From Chiloscyllium plagiosum (taxonomy: Eukaryota): DNA of 20,000 nucleotides. Each line of letters opens with the position of its first letter. The first letter of the stretch is position 1. The stretch is taken from NCBI RefSeq assembly GCF_004010195.1, contig NC_057718.1:9764290-9784289 (forward strand). The letters run 5' to 3'. The position numbers and the translations under genes are program-made. The notes beneath the pieces were generated by a model that was given only the letters and a program-made list of their open reading frames with translations, was not told the origin of the DNA and did no database searches. This document shows positions 1 through 9,491 of this stretch, piece after piece.

Positions 1-160
1 ATGTCTTCATTTATTCCACAGAGTTAACATCATGCAAGGGGCTTCCAATTGTCTCTGAACTCCCTTGATATCAGGTCAAGGCTCAGCATCACTGGACCTT
101 GTTAGAGTCATTGAAAATAGGAGCAGCAATAGGCCACTCATGGCTGGTCATTGAACTCAA

Positions 161-1058
161 CCATTTCCACCACCTACAAACAGAATCATCCTCCAACATT
201 TTTGCCACCTACAAACGGACCCTACCACCAGACATATATTTCCCTCCCCACCCCCACCCACTTTCCGTAAAGATCGTTCCCTCCATGACTATCTGGTCAG
301 GGCCATGCCCCCCCAACAACCCACCCTCCCATCCTGGCACCTTCCCCTGCCACTGCAGGAATTGCAAAACCTGCGCCCACACCTCCCCCCTCACCTCCAT
401 CTAAGGCCCCAAAGGAGCCTTCCACATCCATCAAAGTTCCACCCGCACTTCCACACGTCATTTACTGTATTCGTTGCTCCCGATGAGTTCTCCTCTGCAT
501 TGGGAAGGCAGGATGCATAAATGCAGAGCACTCCAGAGAACATCTCTAGGACACCCACACCAATCAACCCCACCGCCCCATGGCCGAACGCTTCAACTCC
601 TCCTCCCACTCCGCTGAGGACATGCACGTCCTGGGCCTCCTCCATCACCACTCCCTTACCACCCAACCCTTGGAGGAAGAACGCCTCATCTTTCACCTCG
701 GGACCCACCATCCCCATGGCATCAATGTGGATTTCACCAGTTTCATCATTCCCCCTCCCTCACCTTACCCCAGTTCCAACCTTCCAACTTGGCACCGCCC
801 TCATGACCTGTCCCACCTGTCCATCTTCTTTCCCACATGTCTGCTCCACCCTCCTCTCTGACCTATCACCTTTACCCCTAACTCCATCCACCTATTGTAC
901 TCTCAGCTACCTTCCCCCCCAGCCCTACCTCCCTCCCATTTATCTTCACCCTAAGGCTCCCAGCCTCATTCCTGTTGAAGGGCTTATGCCCGAAACAGCA
1001 ACTCTCCTGCTCCTCGGATGCTGCCTGATCTGCTGTACTTTTCCAGCACCACACTCGA
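161..1058 (+). mobile_element. Penelope-like retroelement, 5'-truncated: decayed GIY-YIG endonuclease region plus 3' terminal repeat
   Basis: Frameshifted translation PGTFPCHCRNCKTC ... VIYCIRCSR*..CIG ... MAERFNSSSH...EEERLIFHLGTHHPHGINVDF is typical of PLE GIY-YIG domains. Flanked by a perfect 12-bp direct repeat CATTGAACTCAA (149-160 and 1059-1070). Confidence 0.85.
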
Positions 1059-1146
1059 CATTGAACTCAATATTCTGCTCCCACTTTCTCTCAATTCCTT
1101 TGATCCTTCTAGCTCTGAGAACTATACCTAAATCCTTCTTGAAAAC

Positions 1147-1240
1147 TTTTTTTGTTCATTCACGGGATGGGGATGTCGCTGGCTAGGTTATCGTTTAGCG
1201 CCCATCGCTAATTGCCGAAAGGACAGTAAAGAGTCAACCA
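1147..1240 (-). mobile_element. SINE 3' tail fragment (same family as 19301-19642)
   Basis: ttttgttcattcacgggatg...ctaattgcc...aagagtcaacca aligns by eye with 19312-19394. Its A-rich tail is on the minus strand. Confidence 0.7.
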
Positions 1241-1463
1241 ACATTCAATGCTTTGGCCACAACCGCTTTCTGTGGCAGAGAATTCCACAGGCTCATCACT
1301 TTCTGAGTGAAGACATTTTTCCTTATTTCAATACCAAATGGTCTGTATCCTCACACTGTGATCTGTAGTTCTTGACTCCCTTGTCATCAGGAACATCCTT
1401 CCTGCATTTACTTTGTATAACCCTGTTGGAATTTTATGGGTTTCTATAAGATAGACCTCTCAG

Positions 1464-1900
1464 TCATAGAATCATAGAGTCAGACATCATGGAAACAGAC
1501 CCTTTGGGGTCATACCCACCATGTTCCCAACTAGTCCCACATGCCTGTGTTTGGTCCATATCCCTCCAAACCTTTCCTATTCATGTACTTATCCAAATGT
1601 ATTTTAAACGTTGTAACTATATCTGCATTCACCACTTCCTCTGGCAGTTCTTTCCACGCACAAACCATTCTCTGTGTAAAAACATTGCCCCTTGTGTCCT
1701 TTTTAAATCCTTCTCCCCTCACTTTAAAACCAAACCCCCAGTTATGAATTCCCCAACCTGGGGGAAAGACCCTTGTCATTCACCGTATCTATGCTCCTCA
1801 CGATTGTACAAACCTCAATAAAAGTTCACCCCTCAACCTCCTTCACTCCAGTGAAAAAAGTCCCCGTATTTCCAGTCTTTTTTTTATCTCGAACCCTTCA
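1464..1900 (-). mobile_element. CR1-type LINE 3' end (younger family)
   Basis: ORF 1531-1779 FKVRGEGFKKDTRGNVFTQRMVCAWKELPEEVV...FKIHLDKYM is a CR1 ORF2 C-terminus. Tandem 8-mer tail (tctatgat/tctatgac) at 1464-1483. Similar to the copies at 4384, 9492 and 15661. Confidence 0.85.
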
Positions 1901-2044
1901 TTCCCAGCAATGAATATAGTCCCGCTGACCCAGTCCCTCTTCAAACACCAGCCCTGCCAACCCAGGAATCAATGCGGTGAACTTTGCTGCACTCCCTCCA
2001 TAGCTAGAACATCCTTCCTCAGGTAAGTAGGCCAAAACGTCACA

Positions 2045-2160
2045 CAGTTGGCATGCAAATACTAACCTCAAAGTAAAATGCTCAGGCAGCTGCCAACCTA
2101 CAAAATGAAGTTTGGGATGTGGAATGTCAGAACTCCCACAGACAACCCCAGCAATGAAAT
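2045..2160 (+). mobile_element. Possible RTE-type LINE 5' fragment (AP-endonuclease N-terminus)
   Basis: MKFGMWNVRTPTDNP resembles the FGTWNVRTL motif that begins APE domains of RTE-clade LINEs. It interrupts the CR1. Confidence 0.5.
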
Positions 2161-2620
2161 GATATCTTTTCTTAAAGGTACTGCTCACTGTACTTCAAGT
2201 GTGGTCTTACCAACACCTTGTACATTTGCAGTAAACTTCCCTACTCTTATACTTCAACCCTTTTGAAATGAGGGCCCACATCTCATTAGCTTTTCTGATT
2301 ACCTGCTGTCCCTGTGTGCTAGCTTTCTGTGTATCCCGCACTAGTTCCCCCAAGTCCTTTGCTGTTGCAGCTTCCTGCTGTTTCTCTCCAATTAAATAAT
2401 ACTGCATATCTGCCCCCCCTTCCAAAGTGAACAATTTCAAAATTTATCTACATTATACTCCATTTACCAACTGTTTGCACACTTAATCTATCAATAGATC
2501 TCTCTAAACCATTTACATCCTCTTGCAACTTACCTTTCCACCTATTTTTGTGGAGTCTGCAAATTTGGCTACAATCCATTGACTTCCTTCCTTAAGGTCT
2601 TTATTATATGTTGTAAATAG

Positions 2621-3176
2621 TGTGACAACACTGTCACTTTAAAAGGGTTATTTTGCTCTTGGTTTTTATTGGAGAGGTCATAAAGGCAGAGGTGCCGAGG
2701 GGTTTAGGGAGTTTAACAGTTTAACAATGGAAGGAGAGTGGCCAGTTCTCCCAGATCAGGTAATTTCTAGATTTCTTTTAGTTGTAGCAGTCATGTGTGA
2801 GCCCAGAAGAGCTGCATGCTTCAGTGAAGGATTCCTGATTTTCTCTTAAATCTCTCTATGGGTTGTTCCCTCCTGCCTGTAAGAAACTGTGTCTGAATTT
2901 ACTTTTTTGCCAAGGGGTGTGTTTATCGGATGTTACTGTATTGGAACAGTTTATCGGTAATAGTTTTTGTATCAGGTCAGTTAAGTTTTCCAATAGTTAA
3001 GCTGTTCTAAGTTCCACGTTTTTTATTAGTGTTTAAATAAATTGTGTTTTGCTTAAAGCCAGTAACATCACACATGGAAAACCCACTTCACATCTGCCTT
3101 TAAAATAAGAAAAAGTTAGTTCCAGGCTATCTTCTTAAAACATTTTGAGGGGGGTCTGGCCTGGTCCCTCACAACA
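2621..3176 (+). mobile_element. Solo LTR-like element inserted in the CR1
   Basis: TGT...ACA termini and AATAAA at 3035-3040. The CR1 reads through when it is removed (tgtaaatag|ttgcagacccagcactgatccc). Its 3' end is homologous to 19688+ in reverse orientation. No clean TSD. Confidence 0.65.
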
Positions 3177-4383
3177 TTTGCAGACCCAGCACTGATCCCT
3201 GTGGAATCCCACCGGTTACAAGTCATCAACCTGATGTTCTAGCTATGGAAGGAGTGCAGCAAAGTTCACCACACTGACTCCTGCCTTGGCAGGGCTGGTG
3301 TTTGAAGAGGGACTGGGTCAGCTGGGACTATATTCATTGCTGGGAATGAAGGGTTTGAGATAAAAAAAAAGACTGGAAATACTGGGACTTTTTTCACTGG
3401 CGTGTAGGAGGTTAAGGGGTGAACTATTTTCCCGCTGTTTCCTCCCTATTGGCCAAATCTCTTTCCATGCCAATATATGACCTCCAACAGTCTGATCGTA
3501 TATTTTACAAGGTACCATGTCAAATATCTTCTGGAAGTTCAAATACTACACACCTACTGGTTCCCCTCCATCCCCTTGGGTTGACACTTCCTAGTAATAA
3601 CTCTAATAATAGACATGGATTTCCTTTCATGATGATATGCTGACTCTGCTTAATTAGATAATGCTTTTCTAAATGTGCTTTTACTTTCTTAATTATTGAT
3701 TTCAATATTTTTCCAACAATAGATGTTAGGCTAATCAACCTATTGTTCCCTACTTTTTGCCTTCCTCCCTTTTGAAGAAGGGTGTCACATTCATAGGTTT
3801 CCAATCCTTTGACACTTCTTCAGAGTTGAAGAATTTTTGGAACATTACAAACAATGCATTTATTATCTCTGCAGGTACCTCTATTAGAATCCTAGGATGC
3901 AAGTCATCAGGGCTGGAGATTTTTCTGTGTTTAGCCTAATTAGCTTGTCTAACACTACTTCTCTAGAAATGGTACTTAATTCCTCCCCCCATTATTTCAT
4001 ATTACTGGGTTCTTTGAAGTATCTCCATCATAAAGACTGATTAAATTCCTCTTCCATTTCCTTGTTCTCCATAACTGTCTTCCCAGAATTATTTTCTAAC
4101 AGGTCTGTGTTCATTTAGACCTTTGTCCCTTTTTAAGTTTTTAGAGAAGCTCTCAGTCAGTTTTATGCTCCTTGCTAATTTGCCTCATTGTGTTTTTTCT
4201 CTCTTTTAATTATCCTTTTGTGCTCCTTTGCTGGATTTTGAACTTATCCCAGTCTTTGGGGCCATCACTGACTATGCCTCCTTAAATGCTTTTTTTTCCA
4301 ACTTAATACCCTGCTTAATTTGCTTGGTTAGCCATGGTTGATTTATCCCTCTCAATCTTTCCTCTTTGGGATACATGTTTGCT

Positions 4384-4800
4384 GAGTCATACAGCACAGA
4401 AACAGATCCTTTGGTCCAATGTGTCCATGTTGACCAGATATCCTGAATTAATGTAGCCCCATTTGCTAGCATTTGGCCCATATTCCTCTAAATCTTCCCT
4501 ATTCATGTGCCCATTCAGATGCCTTTTTAATGTTGCAATTACACTGGCCTCCACCATTTCCTCTGGCAACTCATTCTATATACATATCATCCCCTGCAAA
4601 AAAAAAGACATACCCTTTTCAATCATACTCCTCTCACCTTAAACCAATGCCCTCTAGTTTTGGACTTCCCTACCCTGGGGAAAAAAACCTTGACTTTTCA
4701 TCCTCTCCATGCCCCCCACGATTTTATAAACCTCTATATGGTTATTCCTCAGCCTCTCACACTCCAGGGGAAAATAGCCCAAGACTATTCCATCTCCCCC
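4384..4800 (-). mobile_element. CR1-type LINE 3' end (younger family) nested in the older CR1
   Basis: RLRNNHIEVYKIVGGMER...PEEMVEASVIATLKRHLNGHMNREDLEEYGP, with the same 3'UTR as 1464-1900. Confidence 0.85.
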
Positions 4801-4867
4801 AATAGCTCCTCCATGAATTACTTCCTTAAATATCTGCCATTTACTTACTATCATTTCTACTCTTCCA

Positions 4868-5075
4868 CTGAACACATTGAGAGACTCAGCAGGAAGGTCC
4901 ATCAGATGAAGGCAGGGTATCAGAGGGACAGCACAATCCATCTACCAAAGTCTTCAAACACCATCTGCCCAATATGTGGCAGAATCTGCTGACAGCACCT
5001 CTACCATACCAGCTAGCTTAGAACCAGAATGAAAGTAGGTCACCCATGATCCTAAAAAAAAACTATTTAAGGAGG
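4868..5075 (+). mobile_element. Possible RTE-type LINE 3' end
   Basis: Translation ...SSNTICPICGRIC is a C-terminal Cys-knuckle remnant typical of RTE ORF ends, followed by a short UTR-like stretch. Degenerate. Confidence 0.45.
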
Positions 5076-5254
5076 TATTGACCATGGATGGTTAGAATTG
5101 GACTTCTTCATTCCAAATGACCACCTCCCCCTTGAATGAATCACCAGATGTTACTTTGGAATGGAAACCCTGATTGAGGTTTCCTTCCTTAACAATATTT
5201 ACTATTAAACTGAAGTTCCTGCCTATGTAATATTTTACCTGGTAGGTGTCACCT

Positions 5255-5372
5255 CCTAATGCAGCGTAGCACTCCTTTCGTCTTGTAGTGGAACATAGAG
5301 GTGGATTTCTGTGCTGACAACGACAGAGTGGGGCTTGAAGCTTCAGACTTGAGAGAGGAGTATGCTGCCCAG
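5255..5372 (-). mobile_element. Degenerate tRNA-derived SINE head (DeuSINE/SacSINE1-like)
   Basis: gcagcgtagcactcc...gatttctgtgct...gagtggggcttgaa resembles the reverse complement of the recalled shark DeuSINE 5' region, with a B-box-like TTCAAGCCCCAC on the minus strand. Confidence 0.45.
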
Positions 5373-5800
5373 CACTTCATAGCTAATACCATTCATGAAG
5401 CCATTAGAGTTTCCTGGAACAGGGCATGGATCAAGCAGAGAACTCAATACAATCAAAATTCCCACAGGAAGTACTGGATTGCAACAGGGATGCTCTGGTC
5501 TGCATGACCTCATGCTGGAGTGGGTGGCCATTTCAGCAAGAGGCAAAGATCCAGTTGCTTCTTCATGGGTGGTTTTTTAACACTGCCTTCCTGCTGGCAC
5601 CTCATTTACTCAAGGACTGCGTGTCTGCCGTCATTTTGTTAACTCGTGAGATCTCCGGGACAGAGAGGGAAATAATTCATCTAAGGACAAACACCTTATT
5701 TCTCACAGGTGTAGTGAGCCTTGAGTAACTGTAACCCTGGGGGATTTCCTCTCTCAGTCTGTGATGCCTCTATAAGTCTAAGGTTAGACATGACAAAAGA

Positions 5801-6280
5801 TATTCCCATGCCTGCCCCTTCTTCCTCTGCCATCCACAATCCCATTCCACCCTCCCCTATCATTCCAAGTCCCACCCACCCATTAATGCAGGTTGGGCAG
5901 AAAATAACCCTGCATTCTGGAAGATTCGATTCTCTTCCAAATGAGAGATGTTACTTTAATCGCCACAGTGTCCAGTATAACATAGCATGTTAGACTAGCC
6001 TCAACTTCACTATCAATTTAGCAAAACAAACATGCAGATAATTAGAATCAACAGAAAGTGCTGGAGAAACATAGCATCCATAATGATATAAGGTTTGAAA
6101 AAAGCCATACTAGACTCAGAAGCGATTAAAGTAAGATCTCATTTGAAAGAGAATCTAACCTTCCAGAATGAGGGTAATTTGCTGCCCACCCTGCATTGAT
6201 TGGGGGTGGGACTTGGAATGATAGGGGAGGGTGGAATGGGATTGTGGATGGCAGAGGAAGGAGGGACAGGCATGGGAATA
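5801..6280. repeat. Inverted repeat with arms 5801-5963 and 6122-6280 and a 158-bp spacer
   Basis: tattcccatgcctg...ttactttaatcgc is the reverse complement of gcgattaaagtaa...caggcatgggaata, about 90% identical by eye with small indels. Confidence 0.95.
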
Positions 6281-6414
6281 CCTAACATGATCCCATTTTA
6301 AAAGCAAGATATGAATGCAAATTGTTGTTGTCTGCATCACATGCTGCACCTGATAAGTGAGTGATGGATCAGTCTCATGCAGAGTAGGAACACAAGGAAC
6401 AAAAAGTAAAACAC

Positions 6415-8438
6415 AGATTCAAATATGTTTCATTTTAATATGTCATTATGCAATGATTTGGTATAAGCCTCCAGCAGACAGACAGTGAAAATACACAAGT
6501 ATGAAACAAACCGTGCTCCATTGCCCTCACTGATCTTTACCTATAGTGCAGCTTGGTGGTCATTATCTCTCTTGTTCATGTCCAATTTGCAAACACTGCA
6601 CTTCATTTTGTGAAGCTGGATCCTCTTAATGGTCTGAGTTTAAGATCGGTAATAGTCAATCTCTCTATTCAGACTTCAGAAAGACCACCTGCAATTGAGC
6701 AGCACTCACCCAACTCAACGGATCATGTTACAGAAAACAATAAAATTGCAACTCAGAATGCACTTTAAAATTGAAAATTATGGCACATTTGAGATATGAC
6801 AAACCCATATGCACATACAGCACATTATTGGACAGTCTAAGCAGGCAGAACTCTTCCACAATTGCACTTGCATGAATTGTAAACACATTAATGTGCAATA
6901 AAGCTAGGATTTCACTGCTGCACCAATAGCACATGCCTCTGTGACTGGTCTGAATCAACCCCCAAGCTCAGCAAACCATTGTGATGAACAGAACCAAAGA
7001 AAATTGGACCATATTAATCTAGTCTGTTCTCTAGAAGATGTCAAACAACGTCAGCAGGTGATGTACCAACTCAATGGTGGAGCTCACCCTCGCCTGTGCC
7101 TTTACAGTCAGATCTGCTTGTGGAGGAGGAGATAAGTAAAGGGCAAGAAAACATCTTCTCCACACCAGCTTAGCAGCATGATCAAGGACACTGTTAGAGT
7201 GGCTTTGCCAGGGACGGGGGACACAGAAAATACCACAGAGTAACATTTAAAACAAGGCAGTCTTTTAAAAATAATACGCTGTCCTTCCACTTGTTGGGAA
7301 TTTAATAATTCACGATTTGGTTTTCTTTCCTCACTCTCTCTCCAAAATCTTCTCAATAAAAGTCTTCCACATCAGTTACACAGTCAGTTAAGCCCATAAT
7401 CAGTATTTGGTAAATTATCTGTCAAAAGACAAGGATCAGTTGATCTTGGTGGAGTCCACCTGAGAGCTAGTCTGGTTTCAGGCAGTGGGGTTTGGAAGAG
7501 TCCTTCTCGGATTGCTCACGGTAGTTTCTTCCTCCTTCACTCCCTACTATCCTGTCAGAGCACAGGGAAACTCTTGGCCTGCCTTGTCAGAACACCCTGC
7601 TTCCACAATTCAATTGGAACATGATCACGACGGCTAGAGCCAACGTGAATCAGGATAAGCCATGGAATTTAGTATTAGAGCCAAATCAGCTCCCTACTCG
7701 TGTAGTGTGTATAGTTGGCCTTCTTATTGATACTGTACATGAGGCTATGATTGGAAAGGTATTTGGTCTGACAGGCAAGCCTCAAAAGTGGCAGTTCCCC
7801 AGCTGGCTCCTGTCTTGGGGCCAATGGACACAGTTCTATAGAACAGTTTAAGAGATCTATGATGTAAAGGAGGCAGACTGACATCATCCTGCCAAAATGA
7901 AAGCTTGGAAACATCTGATGGTTTCAATCCAGGTGGAAATCTCTGAATGGTACTACTTCACTTTCGTCTTGCAAACTTGCCTTGATTTACCCCAGAAATC
8001 CACCAGCAACACGTTTTCCGTTACAGCCACTACCACAGAGGCCAGCTCAGGACACTCTGCTCCCCTCAACCGTAGCAGCAGGTTGCATCCAGCAACCTCT
8101 CCAAAAACAAAAAAAGCAGGAACATTGACAGAATTAAATTATTAGACAACCGATTCACCCTAAGTTTCAAAACACATCCAAATCTAAGAAACATGCTTTT
8201 CCACATAAAATGTTCACCAGTAGCATGAAGCCCAACACAGCATCAGCAAGCAGTGATTGGGGGCAACTGCTTTGATCTTCACGGGAATGGCTTCCAGAAC
8301 CTCCAGTGAGAACAAGTCATGGGTGCAAAAGAGCAGAACCAATGTCTGTAATAAGAAGCGTCATGCTGCAATCTCCTCAGCAGCCACTACTATCAATGAG
8401 TATTTGCACGGTATTAGACATAGGCTTCCAACCATTCT
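6415..8438 (-). other. Putative ~2 kb 3'UTR of CCDC28A
   Basis: Follows the stop codon, has no recognisable repeats (unlike the flanks) and no credible ORF, and ends at a candidate poly(A) signal. Confidence 0.5.
6434..6439 (-). terminator. Candidate polyadenylation signal ATTAAA
   Basis: On the minus strand ATTAAA is followed about 20 nt later by a GU/U-rich tract (ctgtgttttactttttgttccttgtg). An alternative ATTAAA lies at 7306-7301. Confidence 0.45.
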
Positions 8439-8493
8439 TCAGGAGGTGGATGCTCTTGGGAAATCTTGATTATCTGCCAAGTTCAGCTTTTGA
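8439..8493 (-). CDS. CCDC28A: CCDC28A terminal coding exon: (I)QKLNLADNQDFPRASTS*
   Basis: Acceptor ttttcAG at 8495-8494. The first base T completes ATT (Ile). The translation matches the C-terminal IQKLxLADxQD. Stop TGA at 8441-8439. Not in the ORF track. Confidence 0.9.
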
Positions 8494-8627
8494 CTGAAAA
8501 GTAAATGGTGTTAAGGGTGAATGTAATCAACAGTTCAACATGTCCATTCAGCCTGACACTCCTCCCCTCACTCATCTTTAATGTCGATGTGTAATGTAGT
8601 TTTAGTACTGGTCTTACCTATGTGCTA

Positions 8628-8767
8628 GACGAAAGTGAGGACTGCAGATGCTGGAGATCAGAGTAGAGAGTGGGGTGCTGGAAAAGTACAGCAGGTCAGG
8701 CAGCAGAGAAGCAGGAAAATTGACGTTTCGGGCAAAAGCCCTTCGTTAGAAATGAGAGGCTTTTATA
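8628..8767 (-). mobile_element. Short Penelope-like terminal-repeat insertion (same family as the 3' end of 161-1058) inside the U12 intron
   Basis: The reverse complement matches 963-1058 (gaagggcttttgcccgaaac...ctgctgtacttttccagcacc). Perfect 14-bp TSD TTACCTATGTGCTA at 8614-8627 and 8768-8781. Confidence 0.88.
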
Positions 8768-8929
8768 TTACCTATGTGCTATTCTACATCACAGACTTAA
8801 AAACAGTCAAAAATCAAAATGTTGCTAACAGCAGAAATAAACATTCACATCAGGAGGAGGAATTTTCTTGGGATAGGGAAGGACTTAGAAACCTGAATAA
8901 TGTTTATCCGTTAAAGGACTGAAAAATAG

Positions 8930-9098
8930 GTTATCTGGTCATTATCACATAGCTCTTTGTGGGATCTTGCTGTGTAAATTAGTTGGTGCATTTATTAAAA
9001 ACAAGAATGATACTGGAAAAAGTGCAAACGGCATGAAAGAACCCTGACACATTCTGAGGACATGCAAGGTGCTACAGAACTAAGATTTTCTTTCTTTT
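8930..9098 (+). mobile_element. DeuSINE-like (SacSINE1/AmnSINE1-related) 3' fragment
   Basis: ttatctggtcattatcacat.gct.tttgtgggatcttgctgtg...aaggtgctacaga...tttctttctt matches the recalled Deu-domain and tail consensus. Confidence 0.6.
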
Positions 9099-9166
9099 GC
9101 TGTGGGTACAGCCTTGTTTATTTCTGCTTCATAACACAAAATTGTTCAACACATGTGAAAGGATAC

Positions 9167-9189
9167 ATCGAAGAGCTCAGCTCCTCCAA
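9167..9189 (-). CDS. CCDC28A: CCDC28A 23-nt micro-exon: LEELSSS(I)
   Basis: TTG GAG GAG CTG AGC TCT TCG AT, preceded by a long polypyrimidine tract ending cttgcAG (9191-9190) and followed by GTATCCTTT. Matches the conserved LEELxSSI. Not in the ORF track. Confidence 0.9.
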
Positions 9190-9491
9190 CTGCAAGAGAG
9201 ACAGAAGAGAAAAGCAAATGTCTAAAAGCAGGATTTGGAAACCACTATACATCCCATCTGGCTAAACATGCTCTGAGAGCAAGATAAAATCGCAATCCCT
9301 TCAGTGCATACAAAGGGGACCAGCTATCTGCATTGGTGAGGATCCCTGCAAACTCAAAACACAAACAAATTTGTGGTTGACACAGCAGCCAAATGCTTAA
9401 CTGGAGAACCATGAAGGTTTGTCTTTTTTCAAAAAAAATTCTAATGCATGTGGGCATGATCAGCAACATTGGCATCTATAACTCAAGCCAA

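Larger units (their letters stand above)
104..1455 (-). mobile_element. CR1-type LINE 3' end, interrupted by the Penelope-like element (161-1058) and a SINE fragment (1147-1240)
   Basis: Tail-like aaataggagcagcaataggcca at 116-136. The sequence resumes after the TSD at 1071 and again at ~1241 (gaaaac|attcaatg...ggcagagaattccacagg...tctgagtgaagac), matching recalled CR1 ORF2 C-terminal and 3'UTR sequence. Confidence 0.65.
1910..4860 (-). mobile_element. Long decayed CR1-type LINE (ORF2 RT region), interrupted by several insertions
   Basis: Collinear minus-strand fragments with many stops and frameshifts: NQPWLTKQIKQGIK (4272-4350), KGGRQKVGNNRLISLTSIVGKILKSII...QSQH (3520-3804), FQKIFDMVP, YYLIGEKQQ...KDLGELV...KANEMWALISKGLKYKSREV (2207-2440). 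Confidence 0.8.
8494..9166 (-). other. U12-type (minor spliceosome) GT-AG intron of CCDC28A, 673 nt
   Basis: The 5' splice site GTATCCTTT (9166-9158) is the U12 consensus. Branch site CCCTTAAC (8517-8510) lies about 17 nt before the AG, with only a short pyrimidine tract. Confidence 0.88.

Noticed and set aside
521..1186. Longest ORF (221 aa, Pro/Ser/Thr-rich) as a gene
   Set aside because: It is an off-frame read of the C-rich Penelope-like element and runs through the TSD into CR1 and SINE sequence. The meaningful GIY-YIG frame is a different, broken one.
6543..6633. Alternative last exon reading IQLHKMKC... on the minus strand
   Set aside because: The resemblance to IQKLHL is superficial. 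There is no good U12 branch/acceptor in the right phase, and 8493-8439 fits far better.
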